A stretch of 33,559 nt of DNA, taken from the NCBI RefSeq assembly GCF_006345805.1, contig NW_021836900.1, positions 1-33,559 of the forward strand, in the 5' to 3' direction. This document shows positions 1 to 11,284 of this stretch, piece by piece. This stretch comes from Octopus sinensis (Eukaryota). Position 1 is the stretch's first letter. The number at the start of each line of letters is the position of its first letter. The notes beneath the pieces were generated by a model. The model did no database searches. It was not told the DNA's origin and was given only the letters and a program-made list of their open reading frames with translations. A program made the position numbers and the translations under genes.

Positions 1-469
1 CGTTTCCGAAGCTGAGGATCTGTGTCTATTTAAGAAATTAAATATTGCACCATGCATGTATACCAAATAAGATATTTTATATACAGCCACATAAATAAAT
101 GCACAAGCGCACAAACACACAAACAAGCACGCAAACGCACAAGGACATATATTTATCGACGCAGTGATGAAACCCGGGGCAAATTTTAACATCAACGTAT
201 AATTACGGATAATGTCGGATTTATGCTTTGAAGGCTTCTTACATTTAATTTTCTCTAATGAACTTTAAAGGAAATTGATGAAGTTAAATTTAGTTTCAGT
301 GAAACATCCAACTTGATTTTGACTTTTAATACCTCGTTAACCTATTAAGTTAACGAGACAATCTCTAGGAGCTACTCAAACTCATATAAACTGGTTCTGT
401 TCTATAAATGCTTATTGGAATGAGGTAACTTTAGTTGAGATAAAAGGATATAAAAATAATGATGATGAA

Positions 470-662
470 GATTTCAAATTTTGGTACAGAGCTAGCAGTT
501 TTTGATGGGAGGGTGGAGTCGATTACATCATCATCAGCACTTGGCTGGTACTTATGTTATCGACCGCGTAAAGATGAAGGGCAAAGTCGACCTGACAGTG
601 ATTGATGTAATCGACTAACCCCCCCCCCCATATCTGCTGACCTTGTGCCAAAATTTTAAACT
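470..662. mobile_element. Two partial SINE family A 3' ends in inverted orientation (470-597 minus, 601-662 plus)
   Basis: TTTCAAATTTTGGTACA...GTCGATTACATCA is mirrored by TGATGTAATCGAC...TTGTGCCAAAATTTTAAA. Both match the full family A copy at 28370-28581. Confidence 0.75.
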
Positions 663-677
663 ATTTTGATAATAATG

Positions 678-1260
678 CAGCGAGTTAGAAGACTCATGAG
701 AGCGTAGAACACAATGCCTTACAATGAATGTTCCATCTAAGGCGGCGAGCTGGCAGAAACGTTAGCACGCCGGGCGTTACATTGTGAGTTCAAATTCCGC
801 CGAGGTCGACTTTGCCTTTTATCCTTTCGGGGTCGATAAATTAAGTACAAGTTACGCACTGGGGTCGATATAATCGACTTAATCCGTTTGTCTGTCCTTG
901 TTTGTCCTCTCTGTGTTTAGCCCCTCTATGTTTAGGTAATAAAGAAATAGGTATTTCATCTGTCTTTACGTTCTGAGTTCAAATTACGCCGAGGTCAACT
1001 TTACCTTTCATCCTTACGTGGTCGATAAATTAAGTATCAGTTGCGTACTGTGGTCGATCTAATCGACTGGACTCCTCCCCAAACATTTCGGGTCTTATGC
1101 CTAGAGTAGAAAAGAATATATATTCTAGCTTTTTATGCTTCGAGTTCAAACCGCACTGAGGTTGACTTTGCCTTCAATCCTTTCCGTATCGATAAAATAA
1201 AGTACCAGTAAAATTCTGAGCTCAATGTAATCGACAAATGTCTCTTGCCAAAGTTAAAAA
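678..1260 (+). mobile_element. Older degenerate family A SINE split by the 739-1118 insertion
   Basis: Decayed head at 678-738 (GCAGCGAGTTAG...). The body resumes at ~1124-1235 (GAGTTCAAACCGCACTGAGGTTGACTTTGCCTTCAATCCTTTCCGTATCGATAAAATAAAGTACCAG). Confidence 0.55.
739..1118 (+). mobile_element. Dimeric tRNA-derived SINE, family A
   Basis: Head AAGGCGGCGAGCTGGCAGAAACGTTAGCACGCCGGG and B-box GAGTTCAAATTC. The block GAGTTCAAATT.CGCCGAGGTC.ACTTT.CCTTT.ATCCTT.CG.GGTCGATAAATTAAGTA..AGTT occurs twice (~786-885, ~975-1070). The central domain resembles Meta/MESC-type SINE domains (from recall, unverified). Confidence 0.85.
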
Positions 1261-1355
1261 AATTAGTCTTATTATTAATGAGAGGAACATTAAAGGTTCA
1301 TTCCCTCCTAAAATAAATATTGGTACTCTTTGATTTTCCGTACATCGAACACTGC

Positions 1356-1356
<1 letters not shown>

Positions 1357-1432
<76 letters not shown>

Positions 1433-1486
1433 ATATATATCATAATACACACACACACACACACATATAATAATATTATATATATC
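1357..1486. repeat. (TA)n/(CA)n microsatellite
   Basis: Directly visible. Confidence 0.95.
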
Positions 1487-1490
1487 AACG

Positions 1491-1782
1491 AAGGCGCATT
1501 GCCCAGTGGTGGAAGCGGACTCGCGGTTTCGATTCCAGACTGGGCGTTGAGAGTGTTTATTGAGCGAAAACACCTAAAAGCTCCACGGCACTCCGGCAGG
1601 GGGGGGGGCGATCCCTGCTGTACTCTTTACCCACAACTTTCTCTCACTCTTTCTTCTGTTGACCTGCTTGCTTAGCTAGCGGGGTAGCGTCATTTGAAGG
1701 CTAAAACAATGCGAAGCGCATTGTGACCAGCGATGTGTATCAACATCTAATAGCCTGGTCGGTCACGGCGATCACGGTGATA
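1491..1782 (+). mobile_element. tRNA-derived SINE, family B head with an alternative 3' tail
   Basis: 1491-1660 matches the reverse complement of ~3935-4121 (GGCGCA.TG.CCCAGTGG...GGTTTCGATTCC...GTTTATTGAGCGAAAACACCTAAA). The sequence after ~1660 is unrelated to the tail of that copy. Confidence 0.8.
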
Positions 1783-2048
1783 TATTATGTATATGTATGT
1801 ATGTATGTATGTATGCATGTATGTATGTATGTATGTATGTATATATATATGTACATATATATGTATATAAATATATATATGTGTATATATATTCTCTACC
1901 TCTAAATATATCTATACCTACGTCAGTGGTCATCGCATTTAGTTGTTCAGTACAATTAACCATTCGCGTTCCTTAAGAAAGAAATTCACCTGCTTCAAAA
2001 TGAGAAGGAAAAACGTCATTCCACGACTTTATTCAATTCTATAGATGA

Positions 2049-2427
2049 CTAGCAGTATCGCCCGGCGTTGCTCAGTTTTGTAAGGGAATAACTATAAAGC
2101 ATTTTTAGAGATTTATAGCCAAAAAATAGCAAAAAAATGGAAAAAAAATTATGGTAAATTTTTTTTGAGAGTAAAAAAGGTTGAGTTGCGTTCCCTAGAC
2201 AGTCTGTGGTTTGTTTTTTTTTTATTCTCGACCCCATGTCGAATTTAATCGATTTTTTTCAGACTGGGGAACTTTTCAAAATTTTGGCTGCGTTAGTTTT
2301 GATTATGACATTGGTATTTGTGTGTCAAGTTTCATCAGAATCGGTTGAAAGCCGTGTTCAGGGTGAGGGTACGAGAAAACAGACACACAGAAAACGCACA
2401 GACAAACTGCCGTTATATAGAGAGAGA
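2049..2427 (-). mobile_element. Non-autonomous Helitron-like element
   Basis: On the minus strand it begins TCTCTCTCTATATAA and ends GAGCAACGCCGGGCGATACTGCTAG, inserted between A and T with no TSD. Termini are shared with 22245-22640 and 24308-24692. Confidence 0.8.
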
Positions 2428-2507
2428 TTTGATTAAACTGAAATAGCAATAATTAGATATGAACAGGTCGTTGACTTGGTACTTTTGGAATCCTACTTCA
2501 ATTCTAC

Positions 2508-2587
2508 AGCGCCTCTACACAATCCCTAGCTAATAACAAATACTTTAGCGCCTCTGTGCAATCCGTAACTAATAACAAATAATTTAG
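2508..2587. repeat. 39-bp tandem duplication
   Basis: AGCGCCTCT...CAATCC.TA.CTAATAACAAATA.TTT starts at 2508 and again at 2547. Confidence 0.8.
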
Positions 2588-2819
2588 ACTCTGAACAACG
2601 CCTCAATTGTCGTTGCTGATGTTTTTGCTGCTGCAGTTGTAGCCGTTGTTTAGTTCCATGTTAACGCTGATCGTTCAGACCTTTTATCAAATGGGTTCAT
2701 TTCGTGTCATTTGTATATCTAGGGTTATCTCGTCCATTGTCATATTTTTTTTCTTAAAAAAAAAACAGAAAAGCGAAAGCAAAAAAAATATATAACAAAG
2801 AAACCCTCAAAAACGAGGC

Positions 2820-3045
2820 ATCCCTTTTTGTTCACATTATTCTGCTAAAATTAATGCTTTTTCCTCCATACTGTTTTGAACTAATCAGGCATTATCTTGT
2901 AGCTGTGAGATTTTGATGAGGTAGCTGTTAATTTTTAAAACGATATTGTAGGGTTAGTGTGAGAGACCAGATCTGGTCAGTTTGAACATAAAACAGGCAG
3001 AATACTTTTGGCCGGATTTGGCCGGTTTAAATGCTAATGGGTTAA
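2820..3045. mobile_element. Partial piggyBac-like MITE (one end)
   Basis: Ends ...GGCCGGTTTAAATGCTAATGGG|TTAA (GGG terminus plus TTAA target, 3039-3045). The matching opposite TIR was not found. Confidence 0.45.
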
Positions 3046-3741
3046 AGAAAATTTAGTTGGTATTTCACCCATGTCGAGCGACCGAGAAATAATTTTCATT
3101 TTTGACTCGCAATATTTCAGGTTTATAACAAAGAGTAAAAATAGAGAGGCTAACGTTCGAATAATTTCTTAAGAACAGAAATGAAGTCACTGAACTAATA
3201 TGAATCCCAGCGGAAATGAAAACAGTGTTGTTGATTCAATCCATACAATTATTATTACCGTTTTACTGAGGTCGCTGCCACAAGATATAATTATTACATC
3301 TATCCTTGTTTATTACTGATTCATTCATTGCTGATCCAGCATAACACGGTATGCTCATTGTGAATCGTGTTAAGCATATCTCGATTTGATTTGTGACAAC
3401 ACGGATTGACTTTCAGTTAAAGATTCCGCATCGGCAGCAAGAAAGGTGTCCAGCGATCAACCACAATGTTCACAATGTGTGGAGATCGGATTGACATCCG
3501 TTTTTCTATTATCCATTTACCGCTGATTAATTCAACACGTTTTTTTCTTCTAGGAAGCTGAACATTTGTGATGAACGAGGACAGATATATTTATTTCCAC
3601 ACCAATCAGGGATCAATTATCACCAAATCGATACTCACGACGACAATACTCTCCAAACTCTGAGGTGTTCCGATGTTAGAAATTCTGAATATGTTAAATT
3701 ATTTTACAAATCTAAAACAATATATATATATATTTCATCAT

Positions 3742-4123
3742 GGAAGCACTTCGTCGGTTACGACGACGAGGGTTCCGGTTGATCCGATCAACGGAACAGC
3801 CTGCTCGTGAAATTAACGTGTAAGTGGCTGAGCATTCCACTGACACGTGTACCCTTAACGTAGCTCTCGGGGATATTCAGCGTGACACAGTGAGTGACAA
3901 GGTCAGCCCTTTGAAATACAGGTACAACAGAAAGAGGAAGTAAGAGTGAGAGAAAGTTATGGTGAAAGAGTACAGCAGGGATCACCACCATCCCTGCCGG
4001 AGCCTCGTGGAGCTTTAGGTGTTTTCGCTCAATAAACACTCACAACGCCCGGTCTGGGAATCGAAACCGCGATCCTACGACCGCGAGTCCGCTGCCCTAA
4101 CCATTGGGCCATTGCGCCTCCAC
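3742..4123 (-). mobile_element. Full-length tRNA-derived SINE, family B, with 12-bp TSD
   Basis: Minus-strand head GGAGGCGCAATGGCCCAATGGTTAGGGCAGCGGACTCGCGGTCGTAGGATCGCGGTTTCGATTCCC carries A and B boxes. The exact direct repeat ATATTTCATCAT lies at 3730-3741 and 4124-4135. Confidence 0.92.
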
Positions 4124-4232
4124 ATATTTCATCATAATAAACCGTTAATCCCTACCTACTTTCTCTGTCGCTCTCTCCGCTTTTCGCCCTCTCCATTTTT
4201 TCCTATCATCCCTTTCTGCTTTCCAAGTTTAT

Positions 4233-4590
4233 GATGTTATCAGCCTCATGTATACAAACTTGGTCAAGGGATGCACTTCGACACTTGGTGGTTAAAAGAT
4301 GTTGCCGAAGGGATATGATGCGACATTCAAAGGCATTTTGGATCGGTGTTAAGTCTCTGCCACCTTATTTTCGCTTTAGGTAGATGCTGTCTACATCACT
4401 TGGGTTTTCACATTAATGGCTCGGATATCATCAAGCGTCCAGTCAAGCAGCCCATATGTTGGTATGAATACTGGCACTGCAAACACATTATGGGGCCACT
4501 GTTTTATTGAATGCAGGTAGTTCGGAGGTTCAAATTTTCTTTATTCGGCTGTAATATTCTTTAGTGACATGTGTTTTGTTACAGGTCCCA
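4233..4590 (-). mobile_element. Decayed R4/Dong-like non-LTR retrotransposon RT C-terminal fragment
   Basis: Manual translation across frameshifts gives [52 protein letters not shown]../SDVDSIYLKRK*/GGR. This fits the R4/Dong pattern EL...NK..A.N..AVP....G..W...KTR...SDVDRLY..R..GGRGL. Confidence 0.75.
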
Positions 4591-4629
4591 CTGTAAGATA
4601 TGTATGTATATGTCTCTCTCTGTCTATGC

Positions 4630-4670
4630 ACATATATATAGGTATATATATATATATATATATATATATG

Positions 4671-4734
<64 letters not shown>
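4630..4734. repeat. (TA)n microsatellite
   Basis: Directly visible. Confidence 0.95.
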
Positions 4735-4737
<3 letters not shown>

Positions 4738-4817
4738 GGTCCCGGGTTGATTCGGGTTACCACAGTAAATAAGGTACTCAATACATAGCAGAGTAAAATT
4801 AATTTATTATATAGAGG

Positions 4818-4868
4818 AGCTTCTACAGGACTAGAACTGTTTCATTCAAGAGAAATCATCAGGAAGCT
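4818..4868 (-). ncRNA. Type I hammerhead ribozyme motif in a probable Penelope-like terminal repeat fragment (~4735-4890)
   Basis: Minus strand reads AGCUUC-CUGAUGA-UUUC UCUU GAAU-GAAA-CAG UUCUAGUC CUG-UA-GAAGCU. It has a 6-bp stem I, intact core, 3-bp stem II, stem III ACAG/CUGU and a GUA cleavage triplet. Confidence 0.8.
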
Positions 4869-5809
4869 AGTTAACAAGAATTGTATTGGCATTTATATAT
4901 ACATATATACATATATATATACATATATATGCAATGTTTACTTGTTTTTATATATAACTTTACTAAAACAAATACATGTGTGTACGGGTGTATTTCTGTG
5001 TGTGTGTGTGTATATGTGCATGTTTGTATATGTTTGTGTGTGTGTGTGTGAGTGCACAGGTATAGACACACGAATTATTAGAATGCTATGCTTATATTTT
5101 TCTTACATCAAGGATTATTTCTGCCATGAATTGTTTTCACAGCTTTGGTAAATAAATATATTTTTTTAATCGTAATTCCCTTTTAACCCACATTGATTTG
5201 TTACATTAATTTCGTTAATGCTCTGGGATAAAAAAAAAAACTATGGAAGAAAGGAATGACACAAACAGCCAAAAACAAAATGGCTTCCAAATGCGATCTG
5301 CGTGTATTTTATTCTGCAAAAAGCCGTATTAACCATCGTCATTATTCTGGAATGCATAATCTCCGCACTAATGGAGAAGGTGATAAAGCAGGTGTAATGC
5401 AACAGACAAGAAGGTAAATATATCCAGTAAACAGCAAGTCTAGTGTTAGTATTTAATAGTTCCCTGGCAGCAAATGAACAAGAACTGCAATTTTGCAATC
5501 CACGGTGGAAATATTTACTTACATACATGAAGTAATAACCATATGTTTAAGAGTGTTTAACAGACAAGTTTTCAGATTTTTATCGATTATTTTTTTTCGT
5601 GCACGTCAACATATGAAGATATGAATATACATATGTGTGTGTGATTATGTGTGTGTGTTAGTGTGTGTGTTAGTGTGTGTGTGTGTGTATTTAAAAAATG
5701 AATACCTATGAAGTTTCTGATAATATTCTTTCTACTTGAATGATGAAATGTTTACAAATTGTATTGTAACTCTCTTTTTCTTCTAGTGAACAGAGATTAC
5801 GTATATATG

Positions 5810-5841
<32 letters not shown>

Positions 5842-5842
5842 T

Positions 5843-5938
5843 CCGAAAGGATGAAAGGCAAAGTCGACCTCGGCGGAATTTGAACTCAGAACGTAAAGAC
5901 AGACGAAAGGCCGCTAAACATTTCACCTAGCGTGCTAG
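5843..5938 (-). mobile_element. Partial SINE family A
   Basis: CCGAAAGGATGAAAGGCAAAGTCGACCTCGGCGGAATTTGAACTCAGAACGTAAAGACAGACGAAA is the reverse complement of the family A body. Confidence 0.85.
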
Positions 5939-6099
5939 TGTAATGGAGGGTATGTGTAACAGTGCGTGCGTGTTTATGCTTTTGGTATTTGTGTGAAGAA
6001 ACTATGATACATGTATGTTTGTTCATATATTATTGTATTTGTATTTTTCTTGCGTCTAGGTTTGAATGAGTGTGTATATATGTCTCACGTGTCGAAAGC

Positions 6100-6720
6100 G
6101 GTGGTATGCATTTGAAAGTAAAGGAATGCTGTGGTTGAATACATCGGGCTAAATCTTTGGACAATAAAGATGAGTTCCTGTTTGAGTTGGATTCGTGATT
6201 CCGGAATAAACCAAACATCAAGAAACGCCGGATGGGGTAATCTGCAGAGAGGAAATGGCGTGAAATGAGAGTAATTTTCGTGACAGATGTTCAGAAAACG
6301 TTTAGTGACGCCCCTAGGAAACGGGCCAACTGTCTGTCCGATATATAGGGAGTTATAGAAAGAGTGTGTTAAGCAATAGGTATAAATGATAGAGGTGTAG
6401 GTGAAGGGGTCATTTGTGTTGAAGGAATGGTACTTGAGCCCAGTGAAGGTGAAGGTGTTGGAGGAGTGACAGATATGACAGTGAGAGGAAGACGAAAAAA
6501 GGATATCATATCCTGTACGGAGTGGGGACTAGAGAGCGATTATGAACGAGGAGATTGTAAACATTTTGGAACCTTTAAATGTGGGGTGGGATGCGTTGAG
6601 ATTGAAGGATTCGAAATTACGTAGGGTACTGCGCTAGAACAGTAACAAGAAATGGAGATTAGTAAGAGGTAAAGGAAGGTGATTGTAAGTAGGGTGGATG
6701 CAGAGAAGGTTGGCACAGGT
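6100..6720 (-). mobile_element. Decayed Penelope-like element, zinc-binding linker plus GIY-YIG endonuclease region
   Basis: One open frame from 6480 to 6331 reads CHICHSSNTFTFTGLKYHSFNTNDPFTYTSIIYTYCLTHSFYNSLYIGQT, followed across frameshifts by RF.EHL, ISRHF and KQELIF. This matches the PLE pattern CxxC...FTC.S.N.IYCI.C..C..LYIG(E/Q)T. The remnant may extend to ~7030. Confidence 0.75.
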
Positions 6721-7584
6721 GCAAATAAGGGTCCATGAAATCGACCAGGGTAACGAGGTTGGACCATGAATGAAGATTGTTTTTTTTGGTTACAACGACG
6801 AAGGAGGCGGAAGAATTAAGTGGGGGGGGGCTAGTGATTGATATGGATAAGGTGGGAAGAGGTGAGCCGAGGTAGATGTAGGACTCGGTCGGTGTTTTTT
6901 TTCAAAGCTGGAGATGGTAATGATGGCGGAGTCTTGTTCGATAGCAACAGAGACGAGAAGAGAAGGTATGAATTGGATGAGGAGGTGTAGTGAGGGTGGC
7001 TGAACGATAGCTTAATAGCATTTCTCGAAGTCTATTATATTAAATACACAAACGAACGAACGTCGGTAATGCGGTTCATTTTTTATTTTTATTTTCAAAA
7101 TGTTGTCAGGTGTTGAGAGGTATAAACAAGCAAAAGTACTTTTAAGTTATTTTAAAAAAATAATTACACGAATCTGGTATGTTGTTTGGCGTCTTTGGCA
7201 GAGAAATTTCTATGAAGCTTTTTTATTAAATTAACAAAAGCTGAACGGGAATTATATTAACAAACAACATAACATAAAAAAATATGGATTGCACTTAAAG
7301 AGTCAGCTGCTAAAGAACTAAACCTGTTGCCCCCGGGTTGGCTATAGCAATTCAAGAGGTAGCTAACGAGATTATAATATACATACATAACTACATGCAC
7401 GCACACACACACACATGAATATATATTATGTATTTTATATTATACTTATTATATTATGTATGTTATATATATATATATATATATATCATACATACAAACA
7501 AATTATATTCATTTAAATATGTATATATATATTATATTATACAGGCCTTTATCTATCTATCTATCTACATAAACATATAAAACT

Positions 7585-7605
7585 AATTCTCTCTCTTACT
7601 CACTC

Positions 7606-7689
<84 letters not shown>

Positions 7690-7730
7690 TACATATATAT
7701 ATATTATATATATATAACATACACATACGC
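7585..7730. repeat. Compound (TCTG)n(TC)n(TA)n microsatellite
   Basis: Directly visible. Confidence 0.9.
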
Positions 7731-8115
7731 AAATTGAGGGAGTGGAACAGGTAAAATTCAGGCTTCATATGTTACGTAGCTGACAGATCCTTTGATGTAA
7801 TGATTACTCAACGAGGACTCAGCTAGCACCTCCGCAGGTCGACGATATCTTAATTACATGGAGGTTACACTGTCGTTACACAGCGTAAATGTAATTTGAA
7901 ATGCGTGGTGAAGCTGGATGAACAGAATAAAAAAAAACAACAACAAATGTTTGAAGAAATAAATTTATCAACAAGTAAGAAAAAGGAAAGGAAGAGGTCA
8001 AATATTTGGGAATGGGAATCTCATAAATTGTTGAGAATAAAGAAAAGGGGATGGGAACACCCCTCTTTCTTCAATATCTCCTTCTTTTCTTTATTGCCAA
8101 CAATATATATAATAT

Positions 8116-8166
<51 letters not shown>

Positions 8167-8956
8167 ACGTACATATGTATATACACACACGACACTCGAC
8201 ACCCCGCACGCCCACACATATACATATACACACCCATACATACATACTTTTATTTGCATTACATAGCAACGCCAGTTCTAATCGTGAACTATGAAATAAC
8301 TTTTTTTCAGCTTATCTAACTTCTCCATCAATAAACCACTTTTGTTCCTGAAAGTTGTGTTTTTATACCTTCTACGGATTGCTCGAAGTTTACTAACTTC
8401 CTACACATGGATCCTTAGATCTTAGCTTTACATATAATTATAAATATAATATAATATAATATAATATAGTATATATATATATATTATAATATATATATAT
8501 ATATCAATATCAATATCTATATCTATCAATATGTATGTATATATATATATATCATATATATATATAATATATATATTATATATGATAACTATCTATATCT
8601 ATATCTATATATATACTTCAGAAAGCACAATAGTAATAAATGATAGAAATGTTAATGGTAATATCGATTTTTTACACGAAAGTACTTTCATAAACATGGA
8701 GGGAAAAGAGAGAAAAGGAATGAAATCCATTGAATCCATTGTTTTATATGCCACGTGATTATAGCATGAAATTCATCCAATGAAACAAGTTGATTCCAGC
8801 AGAATTTGAATCTCGATGCAAATACCATAGCTACCGTCCCACGTAAGAAAGTGTGACTTGGAAGCAGGTGCTATGCTTTTGCTTTTTTGCTTTGGGTATT
8901 TATGGTGTTGTCAGCAGTGATAGGCACTGTCTTGGCCTTGATCGAAGATGTGAAAA

Positions 8957-8958
<2 letters not shown>

Positions 8959-8990
<32 letters not shown>

Positions 8991-9051
8991 AGAGAGAGAG
9001 AAAGAGGAGAGAGAGGGAGAGAGAAAGAAGAGAGACAGAGAGAGAGAGAGA
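8959..9051. repeat. (GA)n purine tract
   Basis: Directly visible. Confidence 0.9.
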
Positions 9052-9070
9052 TGACTGCATTTGCATTTTG

Positions 9071-9213
9071 GTGGTACTCATTATCCACTAAGTAAACTGA
9101 GGCAGCATGAAATGGAATGCTTGCTCAATGACACAATTCGCCGCCCAGGCCCAGAATTGAACCAAGAACCTTATGACCATGAGCTTATTCCTCTAATCAT
9201 TATGCCGCGCACA
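9071..9213 (-). mobile_element. Old tRNA-head CORE-type SINE fragment
   Basis: Minus strand shows GGCATAATGATTAGAG...GGTTCAATTC (A/B boxes), then GTGTCATTGAGCAAG...GCCTCAGTTTACTTAGTGGATAATGAGTACC, resembling the CORE domain. Confidence 0.6.
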
Positions 9214-9249
9214 CTGAGCTACATCACTCTTTCTGATCTTGTCACTGTT

Positions 9250-9635
9250 TGTAATTTGAAGGGGCTGGATTTCGTTGATACGACCGACTCCAAAATTTGA
9301 CTGGCATCTTGTTTTTATCGACCCTGGATGGATGAAAGGCAAAGTTGATCTCTTGGATTTGAACTCGAAACCTAAAAAGATCTGTGACTAAATGCAACTA
9401 GACATTTCGTCTGACGTCCCAACTATACAGCCATTCCTCCAGCTCCACGTAGAACTAAACATGGGTCTCCCATTTTAGCACGAGGCTTGCAAATTTGAGG
9501 GGAATCCAGTACCGGGCTGCCTCTATATTTTATCTAGTTTCAAAGGATGAAAATTTGACCTTAAAAGGATTTGAACTATATACGACTAGACATTTTGTCC
9601 GACGTTCTAACGGTTCGCCCAATCTGCCACCTTCA
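9250..9635 (-). mobile_element. Two tandem degenerate family A SINEs
   Basis: TTTATCGACCC...GGATGAAAGGCAAAGTTGATCTC...ATTTGAACTC at ~9314-9366. A second copy at ~9470-9635 ends AATCTGCCACCTT. Confidence 0.65.
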
Positions 9636-9834
9636 AATGGAACTAAATAATGATTTCTGATTAAGGTGCAACACCCGTGATTTTGGGGGAACCTCGTTTT
9701 GGGGCAGGGCGAGCAGCTACCGCGTCGTATTCTTTTAGATATCGCCGACGTCTTGAAATCTTGTTTCTTTCAAGTGGGATTTGATTTTTGATAAGATTCT
9801 TGACCGTAATAACTTTCAAACCTTGCCTCTTTCC

Positions 9835-9945
9835 TCACACGCACTCACTCACATACACTCACACACACATACACACACACACACTCACACACACTCACAT
9901 ACACACACACACACACACGCACACACACACACACATACATTCACA
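9835..9945. repeat. (CA)n microsatellite
   Basis: Directly visible. Confidence 0.95.
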
Positions 9946-10667
9946 CTCATTTTCTCTGCCATGGTCACTGACGGATCCTTTTTGGTGTTATAAGACACGA
10001 TAACACAGTACATACTTTACTGCCGAGCACTTTTATAAACAACGGTTCTGAGCGACATCATTATATCTTACTGCGCATGCACAACAAAGTCTGAGGTCTA
10101 TCTTTATTATGCTGCTTCACTCTGCATGCTTTAGGTTCGAATGAAACCTTAATAAAATTAATTTGACCGAAAAAAGTGGTGTTTAAGAAGCAAAATTTTC
10201 TGTAGGTGTATAAAAGTATATTGGCATTATTATAACATGAATTAAATAAATAAAATTCAAACAAGATAATTCGTTCTAGTTATTTTTTTAAAAACTGTCG
10301 TCAGGTGTTATTAAGTAAGGCCAGACAAAATTCATTTCACATGATTTTGTTTGAAATAATTATAAGAAACAGATATTATCTTTGAAAATTGTCACACATT
10401 TTAAAAATTATTTTTTGTTAAAATTAACAGAACTGTTTTTAGAGCTTTTAAATAGATAACAAGCAGCATCGCATTGTAAATAAGGACTGCTTTTAAACGT
10501 TCATCTGCTGGAGAACTGGCTCCTTTAGGAATATATGAATAATCTGTGGAAATAAAGAGAGAAAAGAAAAGAAAATAAAGGAAGAAAGGAAAGGGGTCAC
10601 AAATGTGTAAATAAAGTTTTACATTCGATAGAAAAGTAAGGGAATTACGATTAAGAATTCTTCAGAA

Positions 10668-10710
<43 letters not shown>

Positions 10711-10899
10711 TTAAATAGTACAAATTTCACTTTATATTTGGATGAAGTGTTTTTATTTAGATAGTAATAAGGAGCAGGAATAGACAGCCTCGGTCAGGAA
10801 AGAAAACACACACACACGCACACGCAAAAAAAAAAACAAACAAAAAAACAACTCACATACACATACGCACACACAAATACAGAAACACAGAAATACCTA

Positions 10900-10900
10900 T

Positions 10901-10932
<32 letters not shown>

Positions 10933-10963
10933 TAAATTCACTTGCTGAATATGTCATGACACA

Positions 10964-11015
<52 letters not shown>

Positions 11016-11147
11016 CATATATACATACATATATATATATATGCATATATATATATACATACATACATATATACATATAATATATATAATACATATAATA
11101 CATATATATATACATATATATACATATATACATATACATATATATAT

Positions 11148-11196
<49 letters not shown>

Positions 11197-11200
11197 TATT
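10900..11200. repeat. Compound (CA)n/(TA)n/(TACA)n microsatellite
   Basis: Directly visible; source of several spurious ORFs. Confidence 0.95.
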
Positions 11201-11284
11201 TATGTATAAAATTGTTAAAGATAGAACAAACGCTGAGTCAAGAAAAACATCTCAAGTCATATGCATTATTATTATTGGATAAAT

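Noticed and set aside
3554-3663. Plus-strand acceptor TTTTTTCTTCTAG followed by an open frame (KLNICDERGQIYLFPHQ...)
   Set aside because: No good donor (GTGTTC) and no recognisable protein; it cannot be supported without RNA data.
4050-4123. tRNA gene
   Set aside because: A/B boxes are present, but it continues into a SINE body with a TSD and has no acceptor-stem closure. The same applies to the other SINE heads.
5241-5528. 95-aa minus-strand ORF in unique sequence
   Set aside because: No recognisable motif or splice context; the length is compatible with chance.
10068-10082. NRF1-like ACTGCGCATGC promoter motif
   Set aside because: A single imperfect motif with no supporting promoter or gene context.
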